From: Ostreococcus lucimarinus
Lineage: Eukaryota
NCBI GenBank assembly: GCA_000092065.1
Contig: CP000584.1
DNA length: 64,000 bases
Direction: 5' to 3' (one strand)
Both the position numbers and the translations under genes were made by a program. Below the pieces are notes generated by a model. The model had not been told where the DNA came from and did no database searches. It saw only the letters and a list, made by a program, of their open reading frames with translations. Positions 28,896 through 39,486 of the stretch are shown in pieces; position 1 is the first letter of the stretch; every line of letters starts with the position of its first letter.

Positions 28896-31800
28896 ATGGC
28901 GCCCGAGCGCGGCGCGCGCGGTGGACGCGGACGCGGGACGACGACGACGACGGGGGCGCGATGCGACGGCGAGGGACGACGCGCGACGACGCGCGGACGG
29001 GGACGGGGACGGGGACGCGGGCGAGGCGGGGGCGCGAGCGCGAGCGCGAGCGCGGAGGCGCTGACGGAGGGTGAGAAAGAGGCGGCGCTGGCGCGGTCGA
29101 GGGCGCGCGAGGAAGCGCAAGCGGCGAAGAGGGCGGCGGAGGAGGCGACGAGGACGGAGGCGGCGGCGGCGAAGGCGCGCGCGGAGCTCGAGGCGAAGCG
29201 ACGGGAGATCGAGCGGGCGCGAGAGACGCGAGCGAAGGCGCGCGAGGGGAACGCGTCGCCGTCGAGGCCGGACGAACAAGCGCTCAAGGGGAGAGATTCG
29301 AGCATTAAGAAGAACACGACGCTGATTAAAAAGTTGAGGACGATTACGGAGGAGAACGGGGCGGCGCTCGCGCAAGAGTTGAGCAGGGTGAACGTGAGTA
29401 AGTACGTCACCGAGGCCGCGACGGCGTGCGTGGAGGGTAAGATGAAGAGCTCGGACGTCAACGCGGCGGTGGAGATCATTTCTTGCATGCACCAGACGTA
29501 CGCGGATTTCGCGGCGCCGCTCATCGCGGCGTTGAGCGCGTACGTATTGCCGCCCAAGCCCGAGACGTTGTTGAAGATGGCAGAGGGCGAGGTAGAGGCG
29601 TTGCCGTCGCCGTTGCAGCGTCGAACCAAATTACGATTGTTCATGGAGCTTCATCTCGTCGGTGTGTGCCCCGAAGTAAAGCCCGTGCTCGACGCCGTGA
29701 AGGAGCTGGCGCGCTTGGAGTACAAGACGGCGCCGGATTTATACCAACACTCGCTCAGCACGCTGGCAAGTTTCGCCAAGACATTTGCCGTGGAGATGCT
29801 CGGTGCCGAACCCGAGGTCGAGATGGCGTCCAACGATTTTATCCTGGCGCCAGATGTGCAAAAGGCGTTTCGGACGACGCTGAATGAGTATTGCGACAGA
29901 CTCTTCTTCGTGCTCATGGAGGCGTTTTCAGCCGTCACAGCGCAAGAACGCGAGATGTCGCGGTTATTAGAACGCACGGGTGCTATTAGTGAGGCAGCAT
30001 CGGTGGAGTTTGCGGCTCTCACAAAGGTGTTTGATGGGTTGTTGAAGGGGGCAACGACGCTCGCAGAAGCGCTCAGTCGCGAGCTTCCAGAGATGAAGAA
30101 GCAAGTGGAAGAGAAGGTCGCACGAGGAGGCACGATGGAGCTGCATCGTGGAGGTGTGAAATCGTCGGGCGAGCGCAGCGATATGTGGGAAGACGAGGAA
30201 CAGCAGCACTTTTACGAGACACTTCCAGATTTGCGAGCCTCGATTCCCGCGGTGCTCCTGGTGAACGCGACGAACGAAAACGAAACGGAAGCCGAGCGTC
30301 TGAAACGCGAGAGGGAAGAAAACGCAGAAGGGCGAAGCGCAAAAGTCGAAGGTTTAATCATGCGTTTGTCCGATTCGCTGTCGAAAGACAAGGCTGATAC
30401 GATTTGTACCGACTTCTGTTACATCGCCGCTCGAGGAGGACGAAGACGGTTGATTCAAGAATTTTTGAGCGTACACCGCTCGGAGGTAGATCGCATTCCA
30501 TTCTATGGTAGAATAATAGCCACACTCGCGAATGTGTTCGATGACATCGCGCCCGCCGTTTCCGAACCGCTGAAGAATGAGTTCTATAATTTGGTCAAGA
30601 AGGGCAAACGAGCAAATCTAAGCGAGCGCTTGAAGAATATCAAATTCATCGGCGAGCTCATCAAGTTCAAAGTTTTCGACGATTTGGCGGTGTTTGAGAT
30701 CGTGAAAAGTCTTTTAGATGATTTTCATGGTGACAATGTCGACGTTCTTTGCTGTTTATTTGACGTAGCGGGCTATTACTTGACTCGAACGCCGTCGACG
30801 TCGAAACGTATGGGAAGCATTTTGGACATCTTCCTGCGCCTAAAAGCTGTGAGCAAGTTGGACTCTCGGCAGTGTGCTTTGGTGGATAGCGCTTATTATA
30901 AATGTAGGCCAGTGCAGAGGGTCGTAGTGGAAAAGATACGACCACCATTGCACGAATATATTCGAGAGCTCATCTATTTACAGTTGTCAAAGCACACGCT
31001 CGACAAAGTGGCGACGCAACTTCGTAAACTTCCTTGGGATGAAACTGAACCTTACTTGTTGAAAAGACTCCTCAAAGTGAGTAAAGGGAGATACGCATCC
31101 GTACCACTCGTCGCAGCGTTGATTGCGAGATTGTCACAATACTACCCGACTCTCGCAGTGCGAGCGCTTGATACATTGCTAGAGGATATTCGATTTGGTT
31201 TAGAGACAAACGAAACGTGGATGCATCAGCGCCGTGTTGCGAACATGAGACTCCTCGCACTTCTGTACAAAGAGCGCGTCGCGCTCTTCCGTGAGCTTAT
31301 GGATACGCTCTACTTGATAATTTCTATCGGCTACGACGGACGCGAAGCGCCTGACTATCTGACGGATACGATTCGTTTGCGCATGGTTTGTACGCTTTTG
31401 GAAACCGCGTTCAAGGGAAGAGGAGCCATTAGTTACGCGCAGAAGAAAGAAATCGACAGGTTCTTGATCTTTTTTCAGCGATACGCGTTGACAAAAGATG
31501 TGGCGTTAGATATATCTAACGACGTCATGGAGTTGTTGTCCTCGATGAATCCGCGAATGAAAATTTGCGAGACGTACGAAGAGGCGAACGGTGAGTGCCA
31601 AAAGCTTCTTGAAAAGCCGAGCATTACCCCTGGTGGCATGGAACCAGTGATGGAGGAGGAGGAAGAAGAAGAAGAAGAAGAAGAAGAAATGGACGTCTGC
31701 GAAGAGAGCGAAGAGAGCGAAGAGAGCGAAGAGAGCGAAGAAGAACACGAAGATGAAGATATGGACGATGTGTCGTCGGATGAATCAGAAGACGAATCTA

Positions 31801-32300
31801 CGGATGGCGAATCCTCGACCGAAGTGGACGTCGACGATGATGACTCCACTGACTCCGGATCCGAGACTTCCGAGCAAGACGAAGAAGTCAAAGTTCGTGC
31901 GAAGCTTTCTCGAGCATCTTTGCAAGAACAGCGAGAGTTTGATCGCGAGATGAACAAGTTCCTCGGTGCCTCTGCGACGTCGATGCTGGGAAGTCGCGGC
32001 ATACGAAATCACTCAAGCGCAAATCCTTCAAGGAACAACACTGGGGGGACGATAGCGTTTAAGATGCTGGTAAAGAACCAAGGTAAACAAACGATAAAAG
32101 AACTCAATGTCCCGGAACGCGCAGAGTTCGTCGCCAACGTCAAAGAGGCTTTGAAGGCTGAAGAAGCCGAGCTCGCCGAAGTCAAGCGAAAAATTCTTAC
32201 GTCTACGTATCACGACGATGACGCGCCGGCGATCCCGGGGCCCAGAGGATGGAGACCGAACAATCGCCGCTCAGAACATAACATATCGAGACGGCTGTAG
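28896..32300 (+). CDS. UPF2: Nonsense-mediated mRNA decay factor UPF2-like (three MIF4G domains, acidic region)
   Basis: 1134 aa. N-terminal RG-rich and coiled-coil region, then MIF4G-like helical repeats (NTTLIKKLRTITEENGAALAQELSRVNVSKYVTEAATACVEGKMKSSDVNAAVEIISCMHQTY resembles UPF2 MIF4G-1). An acidic Glu/Ser block (E12, EES x4) precedes a C-terminal UPF1-binding-like tail. The architecture and size fit UPF2. ATG at 28896. Confidence 0.6.
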   Translation: MAPERGARGGRGRGTTTTTGARCDGEGRRATTRGRGRGRGRGRGGGASASASAEALTEGEKEAALARSRAREEAQAAKRAAEEATRTEAAAAKARAELEAKRREIERARETRAKAREGNASPSRPDEQALKGRDSSIKKNTTLIKKLRTITEENGAALAQELSRVNVSKYVTEAATACVEGKMKSSDVNAAVEIISCMHQTYADFAAPLIAALSAYVLPPKPETLLKMAEGEVEALPSPLQRRTKLRLFMELHLVGVCPEVKPVLDAVKELARLEYKTAPDLYQHSLSTLASFAKTFAVEMLGAEPEVEMASNDFILAPDVQKAFRTTLNEYCDRLFFVLMEAFSAVTAQEREMSRLLERTGAISEAASVEFAALTKVFDGLLKGATTLAEALSRELPEMKKQVEEKVARGGTMELHRGGVKSSGERSDMWEDEEQQHFYETLPDLRASIPAVLLVNATNENETEAERLKREREENAEGRSAKVEGLIMRLSDSLSKDKADTICTDFCYIAARGGRRRLIQEFLSVHRSEVDRIPFYGRIIATLANVFDDIAPAVSEPLKNEFYNLVKKGKRANLSERLKNIKFIGELIKFKVFDDLAVFEIVKSLLDDFHGDNVDVLCCLFDVAGYYLTRTPSTSKRMGSILDIFLRLKAVSKLDSRQCALVDSAYYKCRPVQRVVVEKIRPPLHEYIRELIYLQLSKHTLDKVATQLRKLPWDETEPYLLKRLLKVSKGRYASVPLVAALIARLSQYYPTLAVRALDTLLEDIRFGLETNETWMHQRRVANMRLLALLYKERVALFRELMDTLYLIISIGYDGREAPDYLTDTIRLRMVCTLLETAFKGRGAISYAQKKEIDRFLIFFQRYALTKDVALDISNDVMELLSSMNPRMKICETYEEANGECQKLLEKPSITPGGMEPVMEEEEEEEEEEEEMDVCEESEESEESEESEEEHEDEDMDDVSSDESEDESTDGESSTEVDVDDDDSTDSGSETSEQDEEVKVRAKLSRASLQEQREFDREMNKFLGASATSMLGSRGIRNHSSANPSRNNTGGTIAFKMLVKNQGKQTIKELNVPERAEFVANVKEALKAEEAELAEVKRKILTSTYHDDDAPAIPGPRGWRPNNRRSEHNISRRL

Positions 32301-32358
32301 CTTATTAGATTTTAGGAATGTGAATTGAATGCGTTTGGTTTCTATAGTGCTAATTTTT

Positions 32359-35300
32359 TCATCCCAAGAGCATATTTGCGACTCCGGCGGCGAGGTCCTC
32401 ATCAGACGTGACAACAAATTCAAAAGCTGGGGCGCCAGGCGTGGCGTCGTCCGCCTTTGAACCCGCGTTTTCACCAGTTGTGTAGCAAATGGTAAGAGTC
32501 GATAGACTTAATGCACGCTTGATAAAGTCAATGTTCTCCTTCAAGACGTCCATTTCGTCAAAGATGATCTTCGTGTTTAACGCTGATGCGCCGGCAACGT
32601 TGGCCTCATCCATTTTGAACTTGATGAACGGCATGACCATTTTCATCACGTTCTTGAAATTAGCGTCTGCGGAAAGCTCGCTGCTTTTGACCTTGGCCAA
32701 AATATCCGGCACGGGAGGAAAAGTCTTGGACTTGGTGTCGTACGATTCCGCTAAGATGCTCAGACACACCGCTCGCCAACCCACAAACTCAGACGCCACG
32801 ACAATAGTTCCCTCTTTGGCAACCTTAGGAGGGCCCTTCGGGCCTTTCTTCGGGGGTGCCGTGCACTTTGCGATGCCCTTACGCATGTTCGTGATGAGAT
32901 CAGCCAAGTACTTGTTCGCCGCGGTGAGAGCGACATCCTCTACCTCGCCGCTCGGGAAACCTGCGCTGGTGACGCTGCCCTCCTTCTTGAGAATAGTGCC
33001 GTAGATATGCTCGCACGTATGCGGGCAAATCGGCGCGAGCAAGAGCGTTTGAACTTCAATGAATCGCTTAGTTAGATCTGCGTGCATCCCACCCTCTTCA
33101 GCGCTCATAAGACGGTACGCGTCTCTCGCCGACTGCAAGTCATAGAAACCACTCTTGAGCGCTTCGCGGAACATCATATTCTCGTAATGCTCTTGAGTCT
33201 GTGCGATGGCCGTGTTCATCGCGTTCGTGAAGACACGGTCGATAAATTTATTCGGCTCGGTCGTGCGCAGATTACCTGCTTCGATTTCAGCCATTTGCTC
33301 TTCGTACCACGTGATTTCCTTGGTCAAACGTAAAATGGCAGCGTTCGCGGTGTCGTCGACATAGTTCGCGTCTTCAACCGTGTCTCCCGCATCAGCCAAT
33401 GTGAAACGCATCGCATCAGCACTGAATTCTTCGATGGCTTGCTTAAGCGTCTTAAAGTTACCAGTAGACTTACTCATCTTTTCGTTGTTCAGCAGCAAGT
33501 GGCCGTTCGTTCTGAACGAACGCGGCCACATCTTTTCGTCTTCCCAAATCGCGGTGTGATTGTAAATCGCAAAAGTCAGGTGATTTTGGATCAGATCCTT
33601 GCCCGAAACGCGAAGATCGAACGGATACCAGAAGTTGAATTCGTTGATCATGCGATCTAACAAGTCACGCGGGAAGTCATCCTCAGAAGGCTTCGCGGTG
33701 CCCAAGAAGATAGCGTCCCAAACTTCATCCGTCAATTTGCTCGGATCCACTGACGGGCGGGCTTCACCGTACATGTCACCGCCTTGAAGCAAGTGAGCAA
33801 CGGTGTAGTACGCCATATAAATGGTAGAGTCCGACAACGATTCAATCAAATATTGCTCATCCCACGGCATGCGCGTACCCAGGCCAAAGGATCGGCTGCA
33901 AGCCCACTGCCGTAACCAACCGAGAGTGTGCTCAAATGAGTGTCGAGCTTCGTCGTGGTAGCAGTTCATGTTCTCGAGGCACTTCTCGGCCTTTGCCTTC
34001 CAAGCCTCTTCGCCATACTCGAGGTACCACTGATCGGTGAGGGCAACGACACACTCGCCACCAGAGCGCGACATGACGGTGCGCTCAGGTTCGCTATACA
34101 CCATACCCGTGTTGTCGTCGATCATCTCTTGTCTGATCAATGGCTTGGCTTCCTTCACAGGCTTACCCTTATGATTGCCAAGAATCATAACGCCTTCCGT
34201 GAAACCCTTCAAGTACGTCCGATGCTTGGCTTCATCAAGCTTCACACGGTCATTTTGTGACTGAATCTTGAGTTCAGCGCAAACCATCGGCGCGCACGCG
34301 TCGCCGAATTCGGGAATGTGCACGCAAGGGACGACTTCAAAAGGCATTACCCATTCGTCTTTGACACCAAACTTTTCTCGCAACGCAGGCTTGGCCTTCA
34401 AATCACTGAGCGCCATGAAATCATCCGGAGAATCAGACGGAACGGAGGTAACAACGCCCGTGCCCTTGTTCATGAGAATTGTCATCATGGGCAAGCAGTA
34501 AATCTTCTCGAGCTCAGCTCGCGGAGATTTGACCGCGCAACCGATCAAGGATTGACCCTTGAACGTAAGCAGGCACTTGGGTTTACCTTCTTCCGCGAAC
34601 TGTTCTTGGTAAGACAGGTTCAAAGCAGCGCGCTCACACATGACTACGACTTCACCGTTGGCGAGCTCGTACGCGCCATAGTCGCCGTCGGGCAAAATCC
34701 AGCAGTTTGTCTGACCGTACATCGTTTCCGGACGCAAAGTCGCGGCAGCCAAAAATACCTTCTTACCGGCCAAAGGTGCAAGATCACCAGTGAGGCATTC
34801 ATCGTACACAGCCATCTTAATGAGCAAATATTCTTGCGGTCCGACGCCTTCACCCGAAGCTCTGTCGTGGTCGGCGCACGGCTGTCCATCGATCGGCGAG
34901 TACACGGCGAAACGCTTCGCCTTCACAATCTTACCAATCTTCTTAAGCGTATTGAACTGCCAGCGAACGAACGCATCGTAGAACGGATTCGCGTCGGTGG
35001 TGATGAACGAACGTCTCCAGTCGACTTGACATCCCATGGCGATGACGTCGCGCTTCGCCAGCGGCGGAAAATAATTCAACCAATGCATAGATTCCGCGAA
35101 GCTCGGAATTTCCTCATCTGGGATCCCACTCGCTTGCATGATCGCCCACTGCGTCGCCTGCGTCCCCTTCTTCGCCGTCGCCTTCGATTTCTTCGCCACA
35201 AACTTTGTCGGGTCCGCCGGCCCCGCGTTCGCCGCCTCCGCCTTCGCCTTTGCCTCCGCCTCCGCCTCCATCACGCTCGCGTCGGGAAACACGGGTGGAT

Positions 35301-35643
35301 TCCCATACGCCGCAATCTCCTTCGCAATCTTATCCGCGCACGCCTTGATCGGCATCCCCGTGCAGTGAAACGCAAACGGAAACAGCGTCCGATCGCCCTT
35401 CAGCCTGTGATACGCGCTCGCAAACTCCAGCTTGCTCAGCGAGAACGCGTGTCCGAGATGCAGCAGCCCGTTCATGTACGGATACGGAAAGTTTCCAAAA
35501 AACTTATCCCTCCCTCCCTCGCCATCGCTCGCCTTCGGCGCGTCCACCTCGAACGTTTTCTCCCGCGCCCACTTCCCCTGCGCGCGACGCTGCAGCTCCA
35601 GCAACAGGTCGCGTCGCGCCGTGTTCTTTCCCGTCTCCGCCAT
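32359..35643 (-). CDS. Leucyl-tRNA synthetase, cytoplasmic type
   Basis: HIGH-region motif (FPYPYMNGLLHLGHAFS) and KMSKS (EKMSKSTGNF); full-length alignment to eukaryotic cytosolic LeuRS (about 1094 aa). The first 139 codons of track ORF 32359..36060 are Arg-rich upstream noise; the ATG (MAETGKNTARRDLLLELQ) is at 35643. Confidence 0.9.
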   Translation of the reverse strand: MAETGKNTARRDLLLELQRRAQGKWAREKTFEVDAPKASDGEGGRDKFFGNFPYPYMNGLLHLGHAFSLSKLEFASAYHRLKGDRTLFPFAFHCTGMPIKACADKIAKEIAAYGNPPVFPDASVMEAEAEAKAKAEAANAGPADPTKFVAKKSKATAKKGTQATQWAIMQASGIPDEEIPSFAESMHWLNYFPPLAKRDVIAMGCQVDWRRSFITTDANPFYDAFVRWQFNTLKKIGKIVKAKRFAVYSPIDGQPCADHDRASGEGVGPQEYLLIKMAVYDECLTGDLAPLAGKKVFLAAATLRPETMYGQTNCWILPDGDYGAYELANGEVVVMCERAALNLSYQEQFAEEGKPKCLLTFKGQSLIGCAVKSPRAELEKIYCLPMMTILMNKGTGVVTSVPSDSPDDFMALSDLKAKPALREKFGVKDEWVMPFEVVPCVHIPEFGDACAPMVCAELKIQSQNDRVKLDEAKHRTYLKGFTEGVMILGNHKGKPVKEAKPLIRQEMIDDNTGMVYSEPERTVMSRSGGECVVALTDQWYLEYGEEAWKAKAEKCLENMNCYHDEARHSFEHTLGWLRQWACSRSFGLGTRMPWDEQYLIESLSDSTIYMAYYTVAHLLQGGDMYGEARPSVDPSKLTDEVWDAIFLGTAKPSEDDFPRDLLDRMINEFNFWYPFDLRVSGKDLIQNHLTFAIYNHTAIWEDEKMWPRSFRTNGHLLLNNEKMSKSTGNFKTLKQAIEEFSADAMRFTLADAGDTVEDANYVDDTANAAILRLTKEITWYEEQMAEIEAGNLRTTEPNKFIDRVFTNAMNTAIAQTQEHYENMMFREALKSGFYDLQSARDAYRLMSAEEGGMHADLTKRFIEVQTLLLAPICPHTCEHIYGTILKKEGSVTSAGFPSGEVEDVALTAANKYLADLITNMRKGIAKCTAPPKKGPKGPPKVAKEGTIVVASEFVGWRAVCLSILAESYDTKSKTFPPVPDILAKVKSSELSADANFKNVMKMVMPFIKFKMDEANVAGASALNTKIIFDEMDVLKENIDFIKRALSLSTLTICYTTGENAGSKADDATPGAPAFEFVVTSDEDLAAGVANMLLG

Positions 35644-35736
35644 CGCTCGCTCGCTCGCTCGCGCGCGCTCGTTCGTCCGCGTCCGCGTCGATTCGTCCGC
35701 GTCGCCGCGCGTCGCGTCGTGCGTCGTCGCGATCGT

Positions 35737-35767
<31 letters not shown>
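35737..35767. repeat. (CGT)n microsatellite
   Basis: About 10 CGT units in the divergent LeuRS/PRP38 promoter region. Confidence 0.8.
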
Positions 35768-35955
35768 GGATAATCAATCGAATCCACCGTCGCGCGCCGC
35801 CGGGAAACACGGACCGTCGGACCGTCGCGACGGGTCGGGACTCGTCGCGACCCCCCAGACCGACGTTCGAGACGGGTTCGGAACGATGGGTCCATCGATG
35901 CGTCCATTGGCGCGATTGGATTGGCTCGAGCGCGGCGCACACGGCGACGCGCGCG

Positions 35956-36900
35956 ATGCCGAGCGACGTCGAAAACCACGGACACGCGATATGGACCCCG
36001 TTCGGGAACGCGGCGAAGACGACGGGACGGACGCACGGCGTCGAGGCGGTGCTGCGACAAAACGTGGTGAATTCAGAGTACTATCGAAAGCTGTGCCGGA
36101 GCGCGACGGGGACGGTGGACGGCGAAGGGATGGACTTCATGTCGCTCGTGGACGAGATATACGAACTGGTCGATCACGTCGAGCCGTGGATGTCGGGAAA
36201 CGCGCGAGGGGCGTCGACGGGGTTTTGCATACTGTTTCGGTTTTGCGAGAAGGAACTGAGCGATAAAGAGATTTGGCACCTGCTGAGGCACGGAGATTCG
36301 CCGTACATACGGGCGATCGGGTTTCTGTACGTGCGATACGTGAAGAATGGTCGGGAGCTGTTGAGGTGGTGCGAGGAATTTTTCGATGACGCGGAAAAGT
36401 TCTCGCCGTCGCCGGGCGGGAAGGAGGTGACGATGGGGACGTACGTGCGAGACTTGTTGCTCGAGCAACATTATTTCGAAACCATCTTTCCTAGGATTCC
36501 CGAGGTCGCCCGCCGAGAGATGGTGCAGCGAATAAAAGATTTAGGGTACTCCGACAGAGGATTAGGGTGCGGTGGTCAAGGGGGTACTCGAAGGAACGAC
36601 TCGAGCAACGGGCGACCGCAGTCGGTGAAGCACTCGCTTTCGATGCAAGTGGGACGAAAGGCGCACGGTGGTGGCGACGGCGGCGGCGATAGACCCCGGG
36701 ATGATCGCGATCGTCACCGCGATCGTCGCGATGATAGAGACGGTAGGCCCAGGGGACGAGATGATGCTAGATATAGAGACCGCTCGCGCTCGCGCGACCG
36801 CGACAGGCGACGCTCTCGAAGCCGTGAGAGAGACTCGTACAAACCGTATAGACGTGACGACAAGTACGACAAGTACGACAAGTATGATCGCCGGTACTAG
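35956..36900 (+). CDS. Pre-mRNA splicing factor PRP38 family with C-terminal RS/RD domain
   Basis: PRP38 domain (HGHAIW...LVDEIYELVDHVEPWMSGNARGASTGFCILFRFCEKELSDKEIWHLL...YIRAIGFLYVRYV) followed by RDRHRDRRDDRDGR...RSRSRDRDRRRSRSRER. ATG at 35956 (track ORF 34318..36900; upstream part is antisense to LeuRS). Confidence 0.8.
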   Translation: MPSDVENHGHAIWTPFGNAAKTTGRTHGVEAVLRQNVVNSEYYRKLCRSATGTVDGEGMDFMSLVDEIYELVDHVEPWMSGNARGASTGFCILFRFCEKELSDKEIWHLLRHGDSPYIRAIGFLYVRYVKNGRELLRWCEEFFDDAEKFSPSPGGKEVTMGTYVRDLLLEQHYFETIFPRIPEVARREMVQRIKDLGYSDRGLGCGGQGGTRRNDSSNGRPQSVKHSLSMQVGRKAHGGGDGGGDRPRDDRDRHRDRRDDRDGRPRGRDDARYRDRSRSRDRDRRRSRSRERDSYKPYRRDDKYDKYDKYDRRY

Positions 36901-36934
36901 AATGAATTGTGAATCAAATTGCATAAAACAGTTG

Positions 36935-38812
36935 TCAACTGAGCCAAGGATGTTGAAGCGCTTCGCTCGCACTCAAACGGGCCTCCGGGTCGACGACTAG
37001 TAACTTTTCCAAAAAATCAATGAAGACATCGTCCTTAGCGCCGAGTCTCGTTTTCAAACACGTACGCTTTGGTCGTAAAATACTCATAGTCCCGCTCATT
37101 TCCTCGATTTCGTGCAGGAATCCTTGCTTAGTAAAGTACTTGTGACTCTGCGTACCTCTGGCGAGAAGTTTGGTGTCGAAGGGCCCTCTGATGCTCACCA
37201 TGCGTGCCAGCAGCGAGGGCACGGAACTATTTCTAAACAACATACGTCCGCTATAAAGTTCGGCAAGAATGCATCCGAGCGACCAAACATCAATCTTTTG
37301 TGAATACTTGGCTCCGATGATGACTTCGGGCGCCCTGTATGCGCGCGACTGCGCGTAACTGGTCAGGGTATCCGTGGTGAAGCACGAGCTGCCAAAGTCG
37401 ATGAGCTTCACGCTACAATCGGCGTAAGACTTCATCAGAATATTTTCGGGCTTCAAGTCACAGTGAATCAGATCCAGGCTGTGCAAGAAAGTGAGTGATT
37501 CGAGGACTTGCTTCGCGATGCAACGCACGCGCGAGAGAGTGAAATACGGTGTCTCGGCGGTCTCCGCGTTGTACTTTTGGAATTCATACAGATTCGCTCG
37601 CAAAAGTTCGCTGACGATGAACAAATGCTCCTTGAAATAGAAAAAATCGAACATTCGCAGCAGTCCGTGCGTGTCGTTCGGATCCTTGGCGTTTATCAAT
37701 CGCAACAGCTTGATCTCGTCTAGTCCCTGGTCCACGTGGTCCTTGTTATTGCTCACGATCTTCAGGCACACGGGTGTGTTCGTCTGAAGATCGTGCGCTC
37801 GCACGGTTTTACTAAACGCCGCACGACCGATGCCTTCGATTATTTTGTACCTATTTGCCACCACATCGCCGTGTTTCACGATGAAATCTTTCGAGTCTTG
37901 GAAGCCAGTTTTTTTGCCTTGGTGAAACACCTTCAAGTGAAAAGCTTCAAACGCGTTGCTCGCCGCATCGCGCTCAGAATCGACCCAACCTTGTGGTATT
38001 GGAGTTTCTAGTCCATCATCTGCGTCTACCGCGGGAACGTCGCCAAACGTGAAACTTTCGCCGCGATCGAGCACTCGCGTCTTCTTCTCAGCGCTCGTCG
38101 TCTGCTCCGCGTTCGCCTTCATGTCTGGCGAAAACTGCACGTGTCCATCGACGCACTCGCCACCCGCTTCCTCCCCCCCACAGTCATCCACTACAAAAGT
38201 GTCCACCAAATGTCTCCTCACCTCGTGTCTGGGCACGTAATACCGATCGAATCCCTCATCCTCTTCATCGACGTATTCGCACGCCGTTTCCGCCTTTCTT
38301 CGCCAGTCTTCCAAGACCTCTTCGTACGACGACGCGTTCTCCAGCAAGTCGTACGGCAAGATCGCCGACACCGACCGCACGTGCGTGCGCACCTTCTCTT
38401 CTGCTTCCTCTTTCGGCACCATCGCCGCCATGGCGCCTCCGTTTACGCTCACGCTCTGCAGCCGCCGCAACAGCGACGGTTGCCAACTGGCACTGCTTTC
38501 ACCTTCGTCCTCGCTCTCATCCTCGCTCTCGTCCGCGTCACCCGCGAGACGCGCACTGACGCCCTTCGCCATCCTCTGCCCGCGTTCGTCGTCGTCGTCG
38601 GCTTCGTCGGCTTCGTCGTCGTCGTCGCCGCCGCCGCCGCCCATTCTCTCGTTCAACTCCTTCGCGAGCGCGCGCTCGCTTCCTCGCAGCTCGTGCCTGC
38701 GCAGAAACTCCAGCGCGCGTCGAAGCTCGTCCGAGTCGCTCTCTAGCGTCACCGCGCGCGTCATCGCGTCGCGTCTCGTCGCACCGCCGCGTCGTCGTCT
38801 GCGGCCGCTCAT
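36935..38812 (-). CDS. DYRK-family dual-specificity protein kinase (DYRKP/YAK-like)
   Basis: Kinase subdomains (IGRAAFSKTVRAHD, HCDLKPENIL, DFGSS, YAQSRAYRAPEV) and a DYRK-homology box upstream (DSKDFIVKHGDVVANRYKI). Acidic N-terminus. The track start is GTG at 38842; first ATG at 38812 (alternative 38764). Confidence 0.8.
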   Translation of the reverse strand: MSGRRRRRGGATRRDAMTRAVTLESDSDELRRALEFLRRHELRGSERALAKELNERMGGGGGDDDDEADEADDDDERGQRMAKGVSARLAGDADESEDESEDEGESSASWQPSLLRRLQSVSVNGGAMAAMVPKEEAEEKVRTHVRSVSAILPYDLLENASSYEEVLEDWRRKAETACEYVDEEDEGFDRYYVPRHEVRRHLVDTFVVDDCGGEEAGGECVDGHVQFSPDMKANAEQTTSAEKKTRVLDRGESFTFGDVPAVDADDGLETPIPQGWVDSERDAASNAFEAFHLKVFHQGKKTGFQDSKDFIVKHGDVVANRYKIIEGIGRAAFSKTVRAHDLQTNTPVCLKIVSNNKDHVDQGLDEIKLLRLINAKDPNDTHGLLRMFDFFYFKEHLFIVSELLRANLYEFQKYNAETAETPYFTLSRVRCIAKQVLESLTFLHSLDLIHCDLKPENILMKSYADCSVKLIDFGSSCFTTDTLTSYAQSRAYRAPEVIIGAKYSQKIDVWSLGCILAELYSGRMLFRNSSVPSLLARMVSIRGPFDTKLLARGTQSHKYFTKQGFLHEIEEMSGTMSILRPKRTCLKTRLGAKDDVFIDFLEKLLVVDPEARLSASEALQHPWLS

Positions 38813-38871
38813 CGTTCGTCGCGACGCGAGCGTCCCGCACACGCGGTCGCGACGGGCGTCGACACGACGCG

Positions 38872-39396
38872 ATGACCACGGTGCGCCCGTTCGCGTGCGC
38901 GGACTTGTTCGCGTACAACGACGTCAACGTCGACGCGTTGACGGAGACGTACGGGCTGGCGTTTTACCTGCAGTACCTCGCGACGTGGCCCGAGTATTTC
39001 AGCGCCGCGACGTCGACGTTCGGTGACGTGTGCGGGTACGTCATGGGGAAGTGCGAGGGCGAGGGCGAGTTGTTTCACGGACACGTGTCCGCGGTGACGG
39101 TGGCGCCGGGATACCGAAGACAAGGGCTGGCGAAGACGCTGATGAGGGAGCTGGAGCTGGTGACGGAGACGGCGCACGACGCGTACTTTGTGGATTTGTT
39201 CGTCAGGGTGTCCAACGCGCTGGCGATAGGGATGTATGAAAAGTTTGGGTACACGGTGTACAGACGAGTGCTAGATTATTACAGCGGGGACGAGGACGCG
39301 TACGACATGCGAAAGGCGATGCGACGGGACGTCGCGAAGAAATCCGTCGTTCCTTCTAAGAAGGATTGGCATCCTTGGGAGCTCGAATGGACGTGA
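38872..39396 (+). CDS. NAA20: N-alpha-acetyltransferase 20 (NatB catalytic subunit)
   Basis: Near-collinear match to human NAA20 (MTTVRPFACADLFAYNDVNVDALTETYGLAFYLQYLATWPEYF...FVDLFVRVSN..AIGMYEKFGYTVYRRVLDYYSGDEDAYDMRKA). 174 aa, ATG at 38872. Confidence 0.9.
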   Translation: MTTVRPFACADLFAYNDVNVDALTETYGLAFYLQYLATWPEYFSAATSTFGDVCGYVMGKCEGEGELFHGHVSAVTVAPGYRRQGLAKTLMRELELVTETAHDAYFVDLFVRVSNALAIGMYEKFGYTVYRRVLDYYSGDEDAYDMRKAMRRDVAKKSVVPSKKDWHPWELEWT

Positions 39397-39486
39397 GGCG
39401 CGCGCCGTGAATGAAACAACTCGAGTGAATATTATAGACACGCACCAATAGCCGTGGTGCGATAGCGCGCGCGTTGAAAAAGTAAT